Part shown: piece by piece, positions 38,851 to 50,790 of the stretch
Position numbering within the stretch: position 1 is the first letter of the stretch
Layout: every line of letters starts with the position of its first letter
Source: Octopus vulgaris
Lineage: Eukaryota
Assembly: GCA_951406725.2 (NCBI GenBank)
Contig: OX597814.1
Coordinates: 90,644,001 to 90,708,000 of the forward strand
Direction: 5' to 3'
Length of the DNA stretch: 64,000 bases
Position numbers and translations under genes: made by a program
Notes under the pieces: model-generated
Told to the model about the DNA's origin: nothing
Database searches by the model: none
What the model saw: only the letters and a program-made list of their open reading frames with translations

Positions 38851-41053
38851 GAACAGAAAGGATGTAAACGTGGATCCTACGGCTGTAAAGACCAACTACT
38901 CATCAATAAGATGATCTTAGAAGATTGTCACAAACGACACAAAAACTTATCAATAGCCTGGATAGACTATAAAAAGGCTTTTGATAGCCTACCACATAGC
39001 TGGATTAGGAAATGCCTTGAAATGTATAAGATAGCACCAACTCTGCGAAACTTCTTGACTGTAAGTATGAGATCATGGAGAACCAGACTAACTCTGAACA
39101 GTGACAATGAATCCCTAAATGCTGGTGATGTAAAAATTTCGTGTGGCATTTTCCAGGGTGACTCACTGTCACCACTCCTCTTTTGTTTATCCTTAATACC
39201 TCTCTCAAAGCTGCTCAATGACGCGCAGTACGGGTATAAAATGTTTGATAAAAATATAAATCATCTCGTTTACATGGATGATTTAAAGCTTTTTGCGAAA
39301 AATGATCAACAACTCAAGGGCTTACTAGCGATAGTCAAACAATTCAGTGACGACATCAGAATGCAATTCGGCCTCGATAAATGTGCAAAGGCTACCTTTA
39401 TCAAAGGAAAAATGACAGAAACATCTAACGTTAACCTTGACCAACAGAATGTCATAAAAGAACTAGACCCAGCGGAGAGCTACAAGTACCTAGGGATAAT
39501 TGAAGGGAACGGAATAAGGCATTCAGAGATGAAGGAAAGGATCAGGAGAGAATGCTATCGAAGAGTGAGAGCAATACTCAAGACAGAGCTGAATGCAAGA
39601 AACAGGATCGAAGCAATCAATGCATTAGCTATACCAGTCGTGACTTACAGTTTCAATATTGTTAACTGGTCAATTACTGAAATATGTCAGCTCGACAGAA
39701 AAATAAGGAAACTGTTGACAATGCATAGAATGCACCACCCTAAGGCAGATACAGAACGACTCTATCTGCCAAGAAAAGAGGGAGGCCGTGGTCTTTTGCA
39801 ACTGGCAATAACAATGAAGATTGCTACAATTGGCCTAGACACCTACCTGAAAAACTCTGAGGACTGGATGCTAAAACTTGTCTCAAAACATGAAAACAAG
39901 AAAGCATCATACTCAGTCACAAAACAGGCAAAGGAATATCTAAGTGAATTCCGAATACAACCAATTTCGGAATTAGAGATAGATATACAAGAAACAAGCA
40001 CAGAAAAAGCTAGGCGCATGGAAACCCGTGCCAAAACTGCGGCCTTAGATATTCTGAATAATAAATGGCAAGAAAAACCTCTCTATGGCAAATACCCAAA
40101 GAGAGCGAATAATGCAGATATCGACAAAGCCCTGACCCATCAATGGCTAATGGCCTCTGGCTTAAAATCTGAAACAGAGGGGTTTATCATAGCAGCTCAA
40201 GATCAATGCCTACCAACAAGAAACTACCAGGCCAACATATTAAAGATCAGAAGCAGTCCAACGTGTCGTGTATGCAAGCAACAAAATGAAACCATTGACC
40301 ATGTGGTCTCCAAGTGCAGTCTTCTAGCGCCTACAGAGTATCTCAACAGGCACGATAGAGCTGCACAATATATTCACTGGGTAATCTGTAAAAACCTGGA
40401 TTTGTCCCATCAAAAAAACTGGTGGGAACACAAACCACCCCCAGTGCTTGAAAATGACCACATCTCACTCCTCTGGAACTTCACCATTCAAACTGACAGG
40501 AAGATAGATGCAAATAGGCCAGACATCATATTGAAAAACTTCAAACAAAGAACATGCCTCCTCATTGATATGACTGTCCCAATCGATATAAACGTATCTG
40601 TCAAGACCTACCAAAAACTGAGCAAATATAAAGATCTTGAAATAGAAATCAGCAAAATGTGGAAGCTGAAGACTAAAACAATATCTGTTGTCATAGGTGC
40701 CCTGGGAATGATAGCAAACGGGGCTGATAGCTACCTAACTCAGATACCAGGAAACCCAAAAATGGCAGAAGTTCAAAAGATAGTGCTCATGGGAACTGCT
40801 CATATCCTACGCAAAATACTCTCTATGTAATCTCAAGGTTTAAAACAAACATAATTTTCGGTTTAAAAAAAAAAAAAAAAAAAAACCCTTTTTTTTTTCT
40901 TTTTAGACATTCATTAGTACAACATCCCCACCCCCAAATATATGGCACACTAGGCATAACAACAACATGAACTTCCAACCCTGTTGTCTCTTGAGGTCTC
41001 TGGGTGAGACTTGGAGCCAACTTGTACAAATATAAACCAAAAGTCAAACATAG
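38851..41053 (+). mobile_element. 5'-truncated, young R4/Dong-clade non-LTR retrotransposon inserted in (TAA)n
   Basis: The frame is open from [18 protein letters not shown] at 38851 to the stop at 40830, followed by a ~220-bp 3' UTR. (AAT)n lies on both flanks. Confidence 0.95.
38911..40830 (+). CDS. Reverse transcriptase + CCHC zinc finger + restriction-like endonuclease (partial R4/Dong ORF)
   Basis: Motifs [70 protein letters not shown]. The annotated ATG is internal because the element is 5'-truncated. Confidence 0.93.
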   Translation: MILEDCHKRHKNLSIAWIDYKKAFDSLPHSWIRKCLEMYKIAPTLRNFLTVSMRSWRTRLTLNSDNESLNAGDVKISCGIFQGDSLSPLLFCLSLIPLSKLLNDAQYGYKMFDKNINHLVYMDDLKLFAKNDQQLKGLLAIVKQFSDDIRMQFGLDKCAKATFIKGKMTETSNVNLDQQNVIKELDPAESYKYLGIIEGNGIRHSEMKERIRRECYRRVRAILKTELNARNRIEAINALAIPVVTYSFNIVNWSITEICQLDRKIRKLLTMHRMHHPKADTERLYLPRKEGGRGLLQLAITMKIATIGLDTYLKNSEDWMLKLVSKHENKKASYSVTKQAKEYLSEFRIQPISELEIDIQETSTEKARRMETRAKTAALDILNNKWQEKPLYGKYPKRANNADIDKALTHQWLMASGLKSETEGFIIAAQDQCLPTRNYQANILKIRSSPTCRVCKQQNETIDHVVSKCSLLAPTEYLNRHDRAAQYIHWVICKNLDLSHQKNWWEHKPPPVLENDHISLLWNFTIQTDRKIDANRPDIILKNFKQRTCLLIDMTVPIDINVSVKTYQKLSKYKDLEIEISKMWKLKTKTISVVIGALGMIANGADSYLTQIPGNPKMAEVQKIVLMGTAHILRKILSM

Positions 41054-41209
41054 AATAATAATGATAATAATAATAACAACAATAACAACAATATCAATAA
41101 TAATAATAATAATAATAATAATAATCATAACAACAACAACAATAACAATAATAGTAATAATCATAATAATAATAATGATAATAATAATAACAACAACAAT
41201 AACAATATC

Positions 41210-41260
<51 letters not shown>

Positions 41261-41320
41261 CATAACAACAACAACAATAACAATAATATTAATAATCATA
41301 ATAATAACAATGATAACTGT

Positions 41321-41854
41321 CCTCATGCAGTACCAGACTGGCTCTCATGGCTTCTGATCTTAACTGATTGGAAGTGTTATCATGTACATTGTTTTGTCTT
41401 GTTATAAAAGATGCGCTGCAGCAAATATTCTGCTCAATACCACAGATTTGCTTGTCAGTTGTTTGATCTTAACCAGTTGAGCATGTCCCTTAGTGGCTGA
41501 CGATTTGTGCATCTCTGATGACAAGCAGAAGTAGTGGGGGAGCATCATAGCCATGTGTTGACAGGAATTATTTGGAGTTTGGATAATTCACCTTTAGAAA
41601 CATGGGTGTTTCGTTCAACATCCTTAAACAACCCTTATCCAGGGATATTTTGAGCGGGATGGGCTACCCAATCTGAAGATCCACTCGCAAGGTTATGCGC
41701 TGTTAATCTTGATATGCGATCACCTTGTCGGGCACATATGGCTGTGATGCATGTGCTTGGTATACCCTAATCAGACGGGTAGTCATGATGGGTATACTGA
41801 GGTTTGTATATTTACCCCAGTGTCACTTTGATGGCATGCACAGCTCTCTCACTC
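41321..41854 (+). mobile_element. ~540-bp non-coding interspersed element, copy 1, flanked by (AAT)n
   Basis: Homologous along its whole length to 41957-42505. Ends ctcactc(aat)n. Confidence 0.85.
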
Positions 41855-41954
<100 letters not shown>

Positions 41955-41956
41955 TC

Positions 41957-42505
41957 CCTGATGCAGTACCAGGCAGTGGCTCTCATGGCTTCTGATCTTA
42001 ACTGATTGGAAGTGTTATCATGTACATTGTTTTGTCTTGGTATAAAAGATGGGCTACAGCAAATATTCTTCTCAATACCACAGATTTGCTTGTCGGTTGT
42101 TTGACCGTAACCAGTTGAGCATGTCCCTTAGTGGCTGACGATATGTGCATCTCTGGTCACGAGCAGAAGTAGTGGGGGAGCATCATACGCATGTGTTGAG
42201 AGGGATTCTTAGGGGTTTGAATAATTCACCTCTGGAAACATGGGTGGTTCTTTCAACATTCTTAAAGAACCCTTATCCAGGGACCTTTTGAGCTGGATGG
42301 GCTACTCAACCTGAAGAAATTTCTAACTGGGCCCCACCTGCAAGGTCATGTGCTGTTTCTCTTGATATGAGATCATGTCGCGCACATATGGTTGTGATGC
42401 ATGTGCCTAATGTACCCTTATCAGACGGGTAGTCATGATGAGTATATTGGGCTTCGTATATTTTACCCCAGTGTCACTTTGATGGCATGAACTGCTTTCT
42501 CACTC
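41957..42505 (+). mobile_element. ~540-bp non-coding interspersed element, copy 2, flanked by (AAT)n
   Basis: Same start (cct.atgcagtacca) and same end as copy 1, with multiple substitutions and indels. Confidence 0.85.
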
Positions 42506-42773
42506 AATAATAATAATAATAATAAAACGACTATAACAGTGACTGTTATTTCCTAGCAATCTCTGAAAGAATTTTTATATTCCGAAATAAATCAATTCTA
42601 ACAGTTAATATAGGTCGCTTTACATTGCTATACCATTCCAGAAACGTTACTCCTCCCCAAACACACACACACACACACATATATGTGTATGCATATATAT
42701 TTGCGTGTGTATATATATATATATATGTATGATTATATGTATGTATCTCTTTCTCTCTCTTTCTCTCTATCCC

Positions 42774-42828
<55 letters not shown>

Positions 42829-43439
42829 GTGAAGTAGAATGACCTCAATTACCAAGAATTGCTCTTTGTTAAAAACGGTAACCCATTCGAACATACCTTG
42901 TAAACAAGATGAGTGAGACAGAGACTTTTTGGCAGCTAGTGTGATGCATTACGTCGGTAATTCAAAGACACTTAATATGACCTCAAGGGTACATACATCT
43001 CTGGACTTCCTAATCGCGTATATATTTATTCAGGTGTAAGAAATTATTCTGCTGGTCGACCAACGAAAGTCAATAAACGAAAGCTTTCGAGATACACCAA
43101 CATACATACACACGAAAGTTTATATCGTTAAACTGTATATTATCGATTTTTGTATGTAACTGGTCAGGATGTCAACGTATTTCCGCGTCTACTGTTGCAC
43201 TTGGAATTATTGACGTCTCTTCTAGCATGATATTTGGTAGCGCATAGACTCTTTTATGCAGTAAGTATGTTGACATTTGTTATCTTGCTGTTGGTAAGAA
43301 AGAACCGGAATGAATCATAGTGAAAATGTATAACTTTTTCCGGGTTGAGAACGAAAAGTCACTTCCCGTGGATTGTAGTCAATCGTAGTTGAATCGTAAA
43401 AGTTTTGTGTGTGCATATGTATGTCGTTTAGTAGTCCAG

Positions 43440-44976
43440 AAATGAAACAACCAAATTACCAAAACTATTTCGAAAATATCTCCCGATCATATTGCTTTCC
43501 TTAACAAATAGAGCAAAACACTCGGGTTATACTTGAATGCCCGAAATTTATTTAGAGAACATGGCGATCCTGCATTTTTGAACTATAAAACAATATTCAC
43601 GTATATATATAAAACGTATGAGTGTCTAGCATCAGTTTAAGGAAGGCAACTATCATCTACCTCCATCTCTAACCTCTCCTCCGACAGTATTGGCTCCTCC
43701 ACTCGTGAGAATAATCTCCACAATACACAACCATGTAACTGCTCTCCTGGGACCATCTACTCTCTACAAACACATTGCGGAAGGTCTACTGTAATTTATA
43801 AATGAACCATCCTCAACGCGTTACACAATTCTACACACATACAGGGTCAACTATAAATTTTAAACAGCTCGATACGCTGCGCGTCTTAATACTTTTAGAT
43901 ATGAGAAACACAAGAAATCCACAACACTCGCCAGTCACATACATCATCTCAAAAATAGAAATATCCCCTACATTTTGTCATGGTCCATAATAGATTCAGG
44001 ACTTTCAAACCAGGGTCAACGCTTAGCCTGTAAGCCATGCCTAAAGGAGGCATTCCACATATTAAAACACAAATCTTTAATACTTCTAAATAAATCTAAT
44101 GAGACCCTAGGTACATGCAAACACAACTTTTTTCATACCTTTAAATTTTACCACAAATCTAAATGCAACCTAAATAAAAGCACAGCACATATCTCGAACA
44201 CCACTTAAGTAATCTCCAACAACCCTATTTGACTTTCATCGTCACTGTTTTTAATTTTTTTAACTCTCTAATCTTATTTTAATTGATTTAATTGTTTATT
44301 ACTACATATATGGATATGCTTATGCGCACGTTTGCGGATAAATGTGTGCACACACGCGCTTTGTGTATGTGTGTGTACGTGTGCATGTATGTGTGTATAT
44401 GTACTCACGTGTAAACCATATATGCATATACTTATGGGTGTGTGTGTGCATATATAATATACTAGGTCGAGGAAAAAGTTCGTGCGTGGTGTTAAAATAA
44501 TGATTTTTAAGCAAGAATGTATTAAAAAACAACAATTATTCTTCAAAATAAAGACCATGATTTTCCACGACCTTCTGCCAACTATCTGCAAGCTTTCGGA
44601 TTTGGTCAAAGTACCAACCCTTGGGCTTTGAATCGAAATATTTTTGACAGGCTTCTTCAACTTCAATCGGCAACCTTTCTTAACGTGCTGCATTGATCGG
44701 AAGAGACCGTAGTCAGATGTGGCAACGTCTGGGCTATAGGCTGGATGCGGTAGAAATACAACACAATCCAATTCTTCAAATTCTTTGCTGGTCTTTTTGT
44801 TAGTATGCGGCTTTGCATTGTATTGTTGAAACGAAGCGCATTTTCGACGAACAAGTCTTGGGTACTTTTCAACAGTGAATCACAATTGAACATGACATGA
44901 ACTGAATGAAGACACATACCACAAAAATATATAAAAAGACATTATTTAAACACACAGTACGAACTTTTCCCCCAAC

Positions 44977-45041
<65 letters not shown>

Positions 45042-45995
45042 ATGTGCGTGCATACAAGAATACGGGTTTAAATACACAAGTGCATATATACGCACATATG
45101 TGTACGTTTGTGAGTGCGTGCCTATACCAATATTCACTTCATTCTTTCTCTCTCATTTCTCAACCCACACTATCTCATTAGCTAATACAAAAAACGCATG
45201 CTTAATTATAGAAACTTGACCATTCTTAGTATTCTTCCTTTCCGTTTTGAAGTTTACTACTCCATTTAGAAACCCTCTTCCTATACCTTTTCCTGCACCC
45301 ATCCCTCAACATATCACACCACCTCACACATATTCATTCCTGACATTCTTATCTCTTCCTATCCCTCCGCTACTCCTCTCCCTTCCCTCTTCTAATATAT
45401 TGACCACATATCAACACTACTTTTAAAAACTTTTTTCAGTTTCTTTCATTTTTCACATTTTCTCTTCCTCTTTCTTTCCTTCTTCTTTTCTCACATTTTC
45501 CCTTTGACCACTCTCCTCATTTTAGCACACACATCTCTTTTCCCCTCTCGATCCACTTAATACTACCACTACATTCTCAAATTTTCATTCACACCACAAG
45601 ACTCTTTTGAATGAACAGCGCATGGTATCTAGGTCTCCACACGTTCCATTTGACATGACAAAATATGAACTTCTATTGGAATTTACATACCACGGACAAG
45701 AAACATTTTTACCACTTCTACACGTCACTTTCCTCGGATAACTTAACTGCAAATATAGCATCTATATATATTTTTATTTTTATTTCCACTTTCATTCTCC
45801 TATTTCCCTCCATACTCCTATTTCAAAATAGCTCCTTATATTGAATTCTAATATTTCCCTCTATTTAACTATCTCACATCGTCTGTGGTGTAGGGATATT
45901 CCTAATATCCCAGAAACAGCTGTAAGATTAACTTCCTCTTTATAAATGTCCTGAAAATTTCACACAGCGTTGGCGTTGTCATCTCATTTTACTTA
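43440..45995 (+). mobile_element. Penelope-like element 3' remnant (GIY-YIG C-terminus + 3' region), interrupted by a mariner
   Basis: Reads PCNC...C...VIYK and SWSIID..CKPCLKEAFHIL..LLNKSNETLGTCKH, typical of PLE endonuclease ends. A decayed hammerhead-like motif lies at 45881-45928. Confidence 0.7.
44460..44982 (-). mobile_element. Internally deleted mariner transposon
   Basis: Encodes PHPAYSPDVATSDYGLFRSMQH (YSPDLAPSD motif). TIRs are tactaggtcgaggaaaaagttcgt and acgaacttttcccccaacctaata, with TA on both flanks. Confidence 0.9.
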
Positions 45996-46100
<105 letters not shown>

Positions 46101-47157
46101 GAGAGAAAGCCTCTCTTTAGCTTGTGAAATGATGCCCTGTAAAAATCATCGGAGACTAAATTTGAATCCTTTGAGCACTACTGTCTTCTATACAGACAGT
46201 ATTTCGATCTCATCTCCGACCTATATATAAAAAACTATATAGTTAATCATACATATGTATGTGTGTGAGTGCATTGACCAAGATGTGAGTTCTTGTCTGT
46301 CACACACGAACACACACACACGCACTCACACACACACAAATATGTGATTCAATGTGCAATACCAGAACCATAACCTGTGACCACGGGCCTTTACACACAC
46401 ACACTCGAATACATATATATGTGTGTGTATGTGCGTGTGTGGTTGTGTGAAATTTAGTTTAGTTAAATTATTTTTGTGACGTACTTTAACTTCTAAAATC
46501 AAATTCACTGCAGTTTCCGTGGAGAAAATGTTTCTAATGGTAAAAGTTATAAAATCACCATGTGTGAGGTATGTATGTCTGTAGATATAAGTATGTAGTT
46601 GTTTGTAACGAATCACGGAATTTTCTCACATTTTGTTTTTTACGTTGCAATCATGAATCTATATTTCTAAAATTTTTTATCGTTTCTGTATATAATTTCT
46701 ATCTGAATTATCTACCGATACATCTCTGTCCGTCATATAATCTGTTGCTGCCTCCGCCACCATGTCTCTCTCTCTGTTAGCAATCTCAATTTTAATTTTC
46801 TCATCTGTAACAATCTATTCTTCACTCCCACTCTCTCTCTCTACTTCTCCCCTCTCCCCTCTCCCCAATAGCACTTTTCGTACAGCTCTTCCAGTTTTGT
46901 CTCTTCCTTTTTGTATCAATATCTACGTAGTTTTATCGGTACATCAACATTTGCTACCACTTTTCACGTACCTACTACCACCCAATCACTCACCAACACC
47001 AGAAAGCATTGCTATGTGCGTCTCTTTCCTAAAGACCGTTTTATCGCTTCTATGTCAACAAAAATAAAAGCTTCATCCTCTCTATCTTCCCTCTTGATTT
47101 CTTTTTTTAATGCTGTATGTTCATACACTTTCCGGCGTAAATTACTTTCAAAAATGC

Positions 47158-47160
<3 letters not shown>

Positions 47161-47214
<54 letters not shown>

Positions 47215-47296
47215 GTATGTATATATATATAATATATATGTATGTATGTATATATATGTATAATATATATGTATATATGTATGTATGTATGTATGC

Positions 47297-47377
<81 letters not shown>

Positions 47378-47412
47378 AATATGTATATATGGGTATATAT
47401 ATGTATATATAC
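47161..47412. repeat. (TA)n/(TATG)n microsatellite block
   Basis: Direct reading. Similar blocks lie at 12143-12310, 36900-36986, 45997-46105, 59300-59486, 63225-63400 and 63755-63850. Confidence 0.95.
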
Positions 47413-48151
47413 ATTGTAGGTAGAAAGAGTACTTATGCTAATATATTGTTTTAAGTTTTTTGTCTTAAATTATTGTTACTATGTAAAATTCTACATATAT
47501 TTATAAGTGCTTTTCGATTTGTATCTTTCCCTTTTTCGTGCAACTTGCCTCTTGTATTTATCATTTTGCTGGAGATGTCTCTTATATTCTCATCTCGTTT
47601 CATTTTGCATATTTTCCGCTGACAGCTAAATATGTTCGTACAAATACTGGGTGGACAAATATTTTCAGATGAAACAATTTGCCTACCGCATTCGCAGTTT
47701 TCTCTCCATGAGAGTTTGCCTATCCAATTCTAATGTGCCCTTCTTTAAAGCTGCATGTGATGTACTTCGAATTTCTTCACGTTCCTCGAAGATATATAAC
47801 ATTTTTATGACCTCAACGATATATATTAATTTTTGTTCGTGCTACACAAGCACAACTCGAATACAGTGTGGGTATCGGTCGGATTAAACGATGTCATTTT
47901 CTCTCATATATGCGCAAACTACATGAACACTCTTAAGATTTTCTTACTTTCAAACATTTGTGATATTGTGCAGAAGAAAACAAACATGTACACGGTATGA
48001 CGACTAGGTTATTTATAGGTTACCTGTTATGTGTTTTACTAGTATATTTATATTTGAGAAAACGATATAAGCTTCTACCCATACTTGAGAAAACGAAATA
48101 ACATTGGATCCATAAATGAATTTGTCTTCTGTTTCTATTTGAATTTTCCAG

Positions 48152-48226
48152 TTTTCCACCTGTTAAAACAGAAACTAGAATCGTATGAAATTATATACAT
48201 TAGTAGCGAGCCAGAAGAATATTTAG
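48152..48226 (+). CDS. Candidate 75-nt symmetric coding exon of an unidentified host gene
   Basis: A long pyrimidine tract ends in ttttccAG. The frame FHLLKQKLESYEIIYISSEPEEYL is open and ends at the donor AG|GTATGT. The 3' part is duplicated at 48249-48305. Confidence 0.3.
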
Positions 48227-48471
48227 GTATGTCTCCCAACTGTTTTGGGAATCATATGAATCCATATACTTTAGTAGTGAACCAGAAGAATATTTAGGTA
48301 TGTCTCTATATACTGTGTTTCTGTTCCAATGATGTCAGTACATTTGTCACGCTACTTTAGTTACAAAACTTTGATTACAACTATAGTGAAATCTATTTCG
48401 GTACGTAGACAAAATAAATTCCATAACATTGCTGTTATGTCCCATATGTCATTCAGATTTCCTTCATAAAA

Positions 48472-48800
48472 TGCGTGGCTCAGTAGTTAAAGCGTCAAGC
48501 TCGTAATCATGGGGTAGTGAGTTCGACTACTGGACCGGTCTCTGTGTTGTGTTTTTGGGTAAGACACTATTTCACGATGCTGAAGTTTACTCAGCTGTAA
48601 AAATAATTTGGGATGTCACTGGTGCCAAGATGCATTGGCCTTTGTCTTTCCCTTGGATAACATCGGTGGTGTGGAGAGAGGAGGCTGGTGTGCCCGGGCG
48701 ACTACTGGACTTCTATAAACCATCTTCACCGGACTTGTACCTCGGAAGGTAACTTCCTAGGTGCAATCCCATGGCCATTCAAGACCGGAGTGGGGCTTTA
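48472..48800 (+). mobile_element. tRNA-derived SINE (third family)
   Basis: A-box tggctcagtagtt and B-box gagttcgact, followed by a ttgggtaagacact core. Confidence 0.75.
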
Positions 48801-48967
48801 TAGTCTTGTATTTGCTAGTAACAACAACAGCTCACCTTTGTTGTGCTTTGGCCATATGCCCTTAGTGATATATATGAACAAGAATGCTTTCTATTGAACA
48901 CCTTTCCTCTAGCGGACAATTATTACACGGGAAATCATAATTCCACCAGAAGACATTTGGCAGGATA

Positions 48968-49180
48968 AAGCGGCAAGCAGGCAGAATGTTTAACACGCCG
49001 GGCAAAATGCTTAGCGGAATTTCGTCCGTTTTTAACTTCTAAGTTTCAAAGACCACCAAGGTCGACTTTGCCTTTTATTATTTCGTGGTCGATAAAATTC
49101 GTACAAGCTGAGCACTGGGTCAATCACATCGACTTACTCACTCACACAAAATTTCTAATGTGCCATAATTTGAAACCAAT
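48968..49180 (+). mobile_element. SINE family B
   Basis: Contains gcggcaagcaggcagaat..gccgggcaaaatgcttagcgg..gtcgactttgcc. Confidence 0.8.
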
Positions 49181-49600
49181 AATTGGCAGCATAAAAATTT
49201 GAATTTGTAATTAATGAATAAGGAAGATGTTGCACAAATACACACAATTTGTTTGTTTTTGCAAACATTACGAAGTTCTGAAATTTCCTTTTTGCTGGTA
49301 AGCATCTATAGTATTATTTCATATTTGTTTTAGAAATTGTTAGATTGATATTACCCGAGATTTATAAACTAAACATTTTATGAAGCGATATTTATTTCTT
49401 ATATAATTTATTTCTTATATAATTTTCTTATCTTCTTAGAGCGTATTTATGTATTACTTTGGGATGCAGGTATTGGTTTCAAGAAGTAATCTCACGAAAC
49501 GTAGTGGAAGAAGTGTTTCTTCGTAAACACAACGTATTGATGCTCGTCAACAGTTTATTGGATGACTTCAAATTCACAGCAGCAGATTTTCAAATATGCT

Positions 49601-49618
49601 TTGCCCCCTAGTGGTCAG
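49601..49618 (-). promoter_or_regulatory. CTCF-like binding motif
   Basis: The minus strand reads TGACCACTAGGGGGCAA, close to the CCACYAGRKGGC consensus, inside AT-rich sequence. Confidence 0.4.
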
Positions 49619-50451
49619 TTATATCAAGGGAGATAATCTATTCTTCATAATATCTGGCGGGTTTAGAAGAATGAATTTAAAATGAAGAAGTAAGAAAAAG
49701 ACGCCTAGATTACACATATTTCATTTTTTTATTTTGTGCATGTATTATAAAATTCTTAAAACTCGTCATCATTGATAATCCTGATAATCCTGATATATCG
49801 TTCTTTTCAAAAATCGTCACTATAATACAAGCTAAGATTTTAAAATTAATATTTGGATTTACCTTCATTAAATACATACAATTTACTGAAACTACATGAC
49901 TACATGCCTTAGAAAATTTTCTGTCAAATGCAAACTTCACCTAAAATCTCATGTCATATTTTTATTATCGAATACATATACATATAATTTCGCTCGGTTT
50001 AAAGCACTTGTGTTTCTCAAACAGCATCTACATTTTAATCTCTATATTTGTTTTGTGGGCATTCCATAAATTTCTTCATTAGAAAGAATATCCTACATCA
50101 TTTCTAGCCTCAGGTACATTGGGTAATTAACTCTTGAAATTTCTTCGTAAACTTGTCAAATTTAATATAAATCTTATATTATTATAGCAGCTGGTGCCAG
50201 ATTCGTAGCCTTGAGCCTTTGTTAGAAATCATTATTATAATGTTTCATTGAAAAATTGATTGCGAATCGGAAAAAATGATTTGTCATTCAACTTAGTTGC
50301 AGCTACTTACTTGCATCTACTGCCGAGGTGGAACTGACAATATATCATTAAAATATCAATATCCTAAATAACTGTGAATTAGTCGACAGAGAATTACCTA
50401 AATTCACGAAGGTGTACTTGAGTTGTTGCCGTTGCTGTAGTTTTTGCTGTT

Positions 50452-50489
<38 letters not shown>

Positions 50490-50790
50490 TAATATTATTA
50501 TCGTTTTTATTTCTAGTACTACTTGTTCTCCCACAAAGCTTTGTTGAACTTTTATGAAAATAGATTACAGTTGTCGACTTTTGTTAAAAGTTTAAATAAG
50601 GACTGTACTTAACGGAACGGAACCGCCAAATTGTGCCCGCTATGGCAGAATTGTTGAAATATATACCTATTTTCGTATGCTTTTGTTGTCTTGTAAGAGT
50701 TTTTTTTCTCGTGGGAGTTGAAAATTTCGATATGGCTGTTCAAAGAAAAGTTCATAGACCTACCGAACTACCAGCTACACGAAAAACACA

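Noticed and set aside
38911-40830. Interpretation as a domesticated host gene or a bacterial-type RT system
   Set aside because: It is truncated mid-RT at a microsatellite, has a 3' UTR and TAA tail, and has multiple decayed relatives nearby. It is an ordinary retrotransposon copy.
43040-43095. gaaagctttc palindrome suggesting another hammerhead
   Set aside because: No CUGANGA-like box or stem II at the right spacing.
46911-47454. YI/IY-repeat ORFs (also 359-601, 12125-12388, 36856-37160, 63089-63500)
   Set aside because: These come from (TA)n and (TG)n dinucleotide repeats.
48472-48545. tRNA-like sequence (also the SINE heads at 14378 and 15484)
   Set aside because: It has A/B boxes but no complete cloverleaf and continues into a SINE body, so it is not a tRNA gene.
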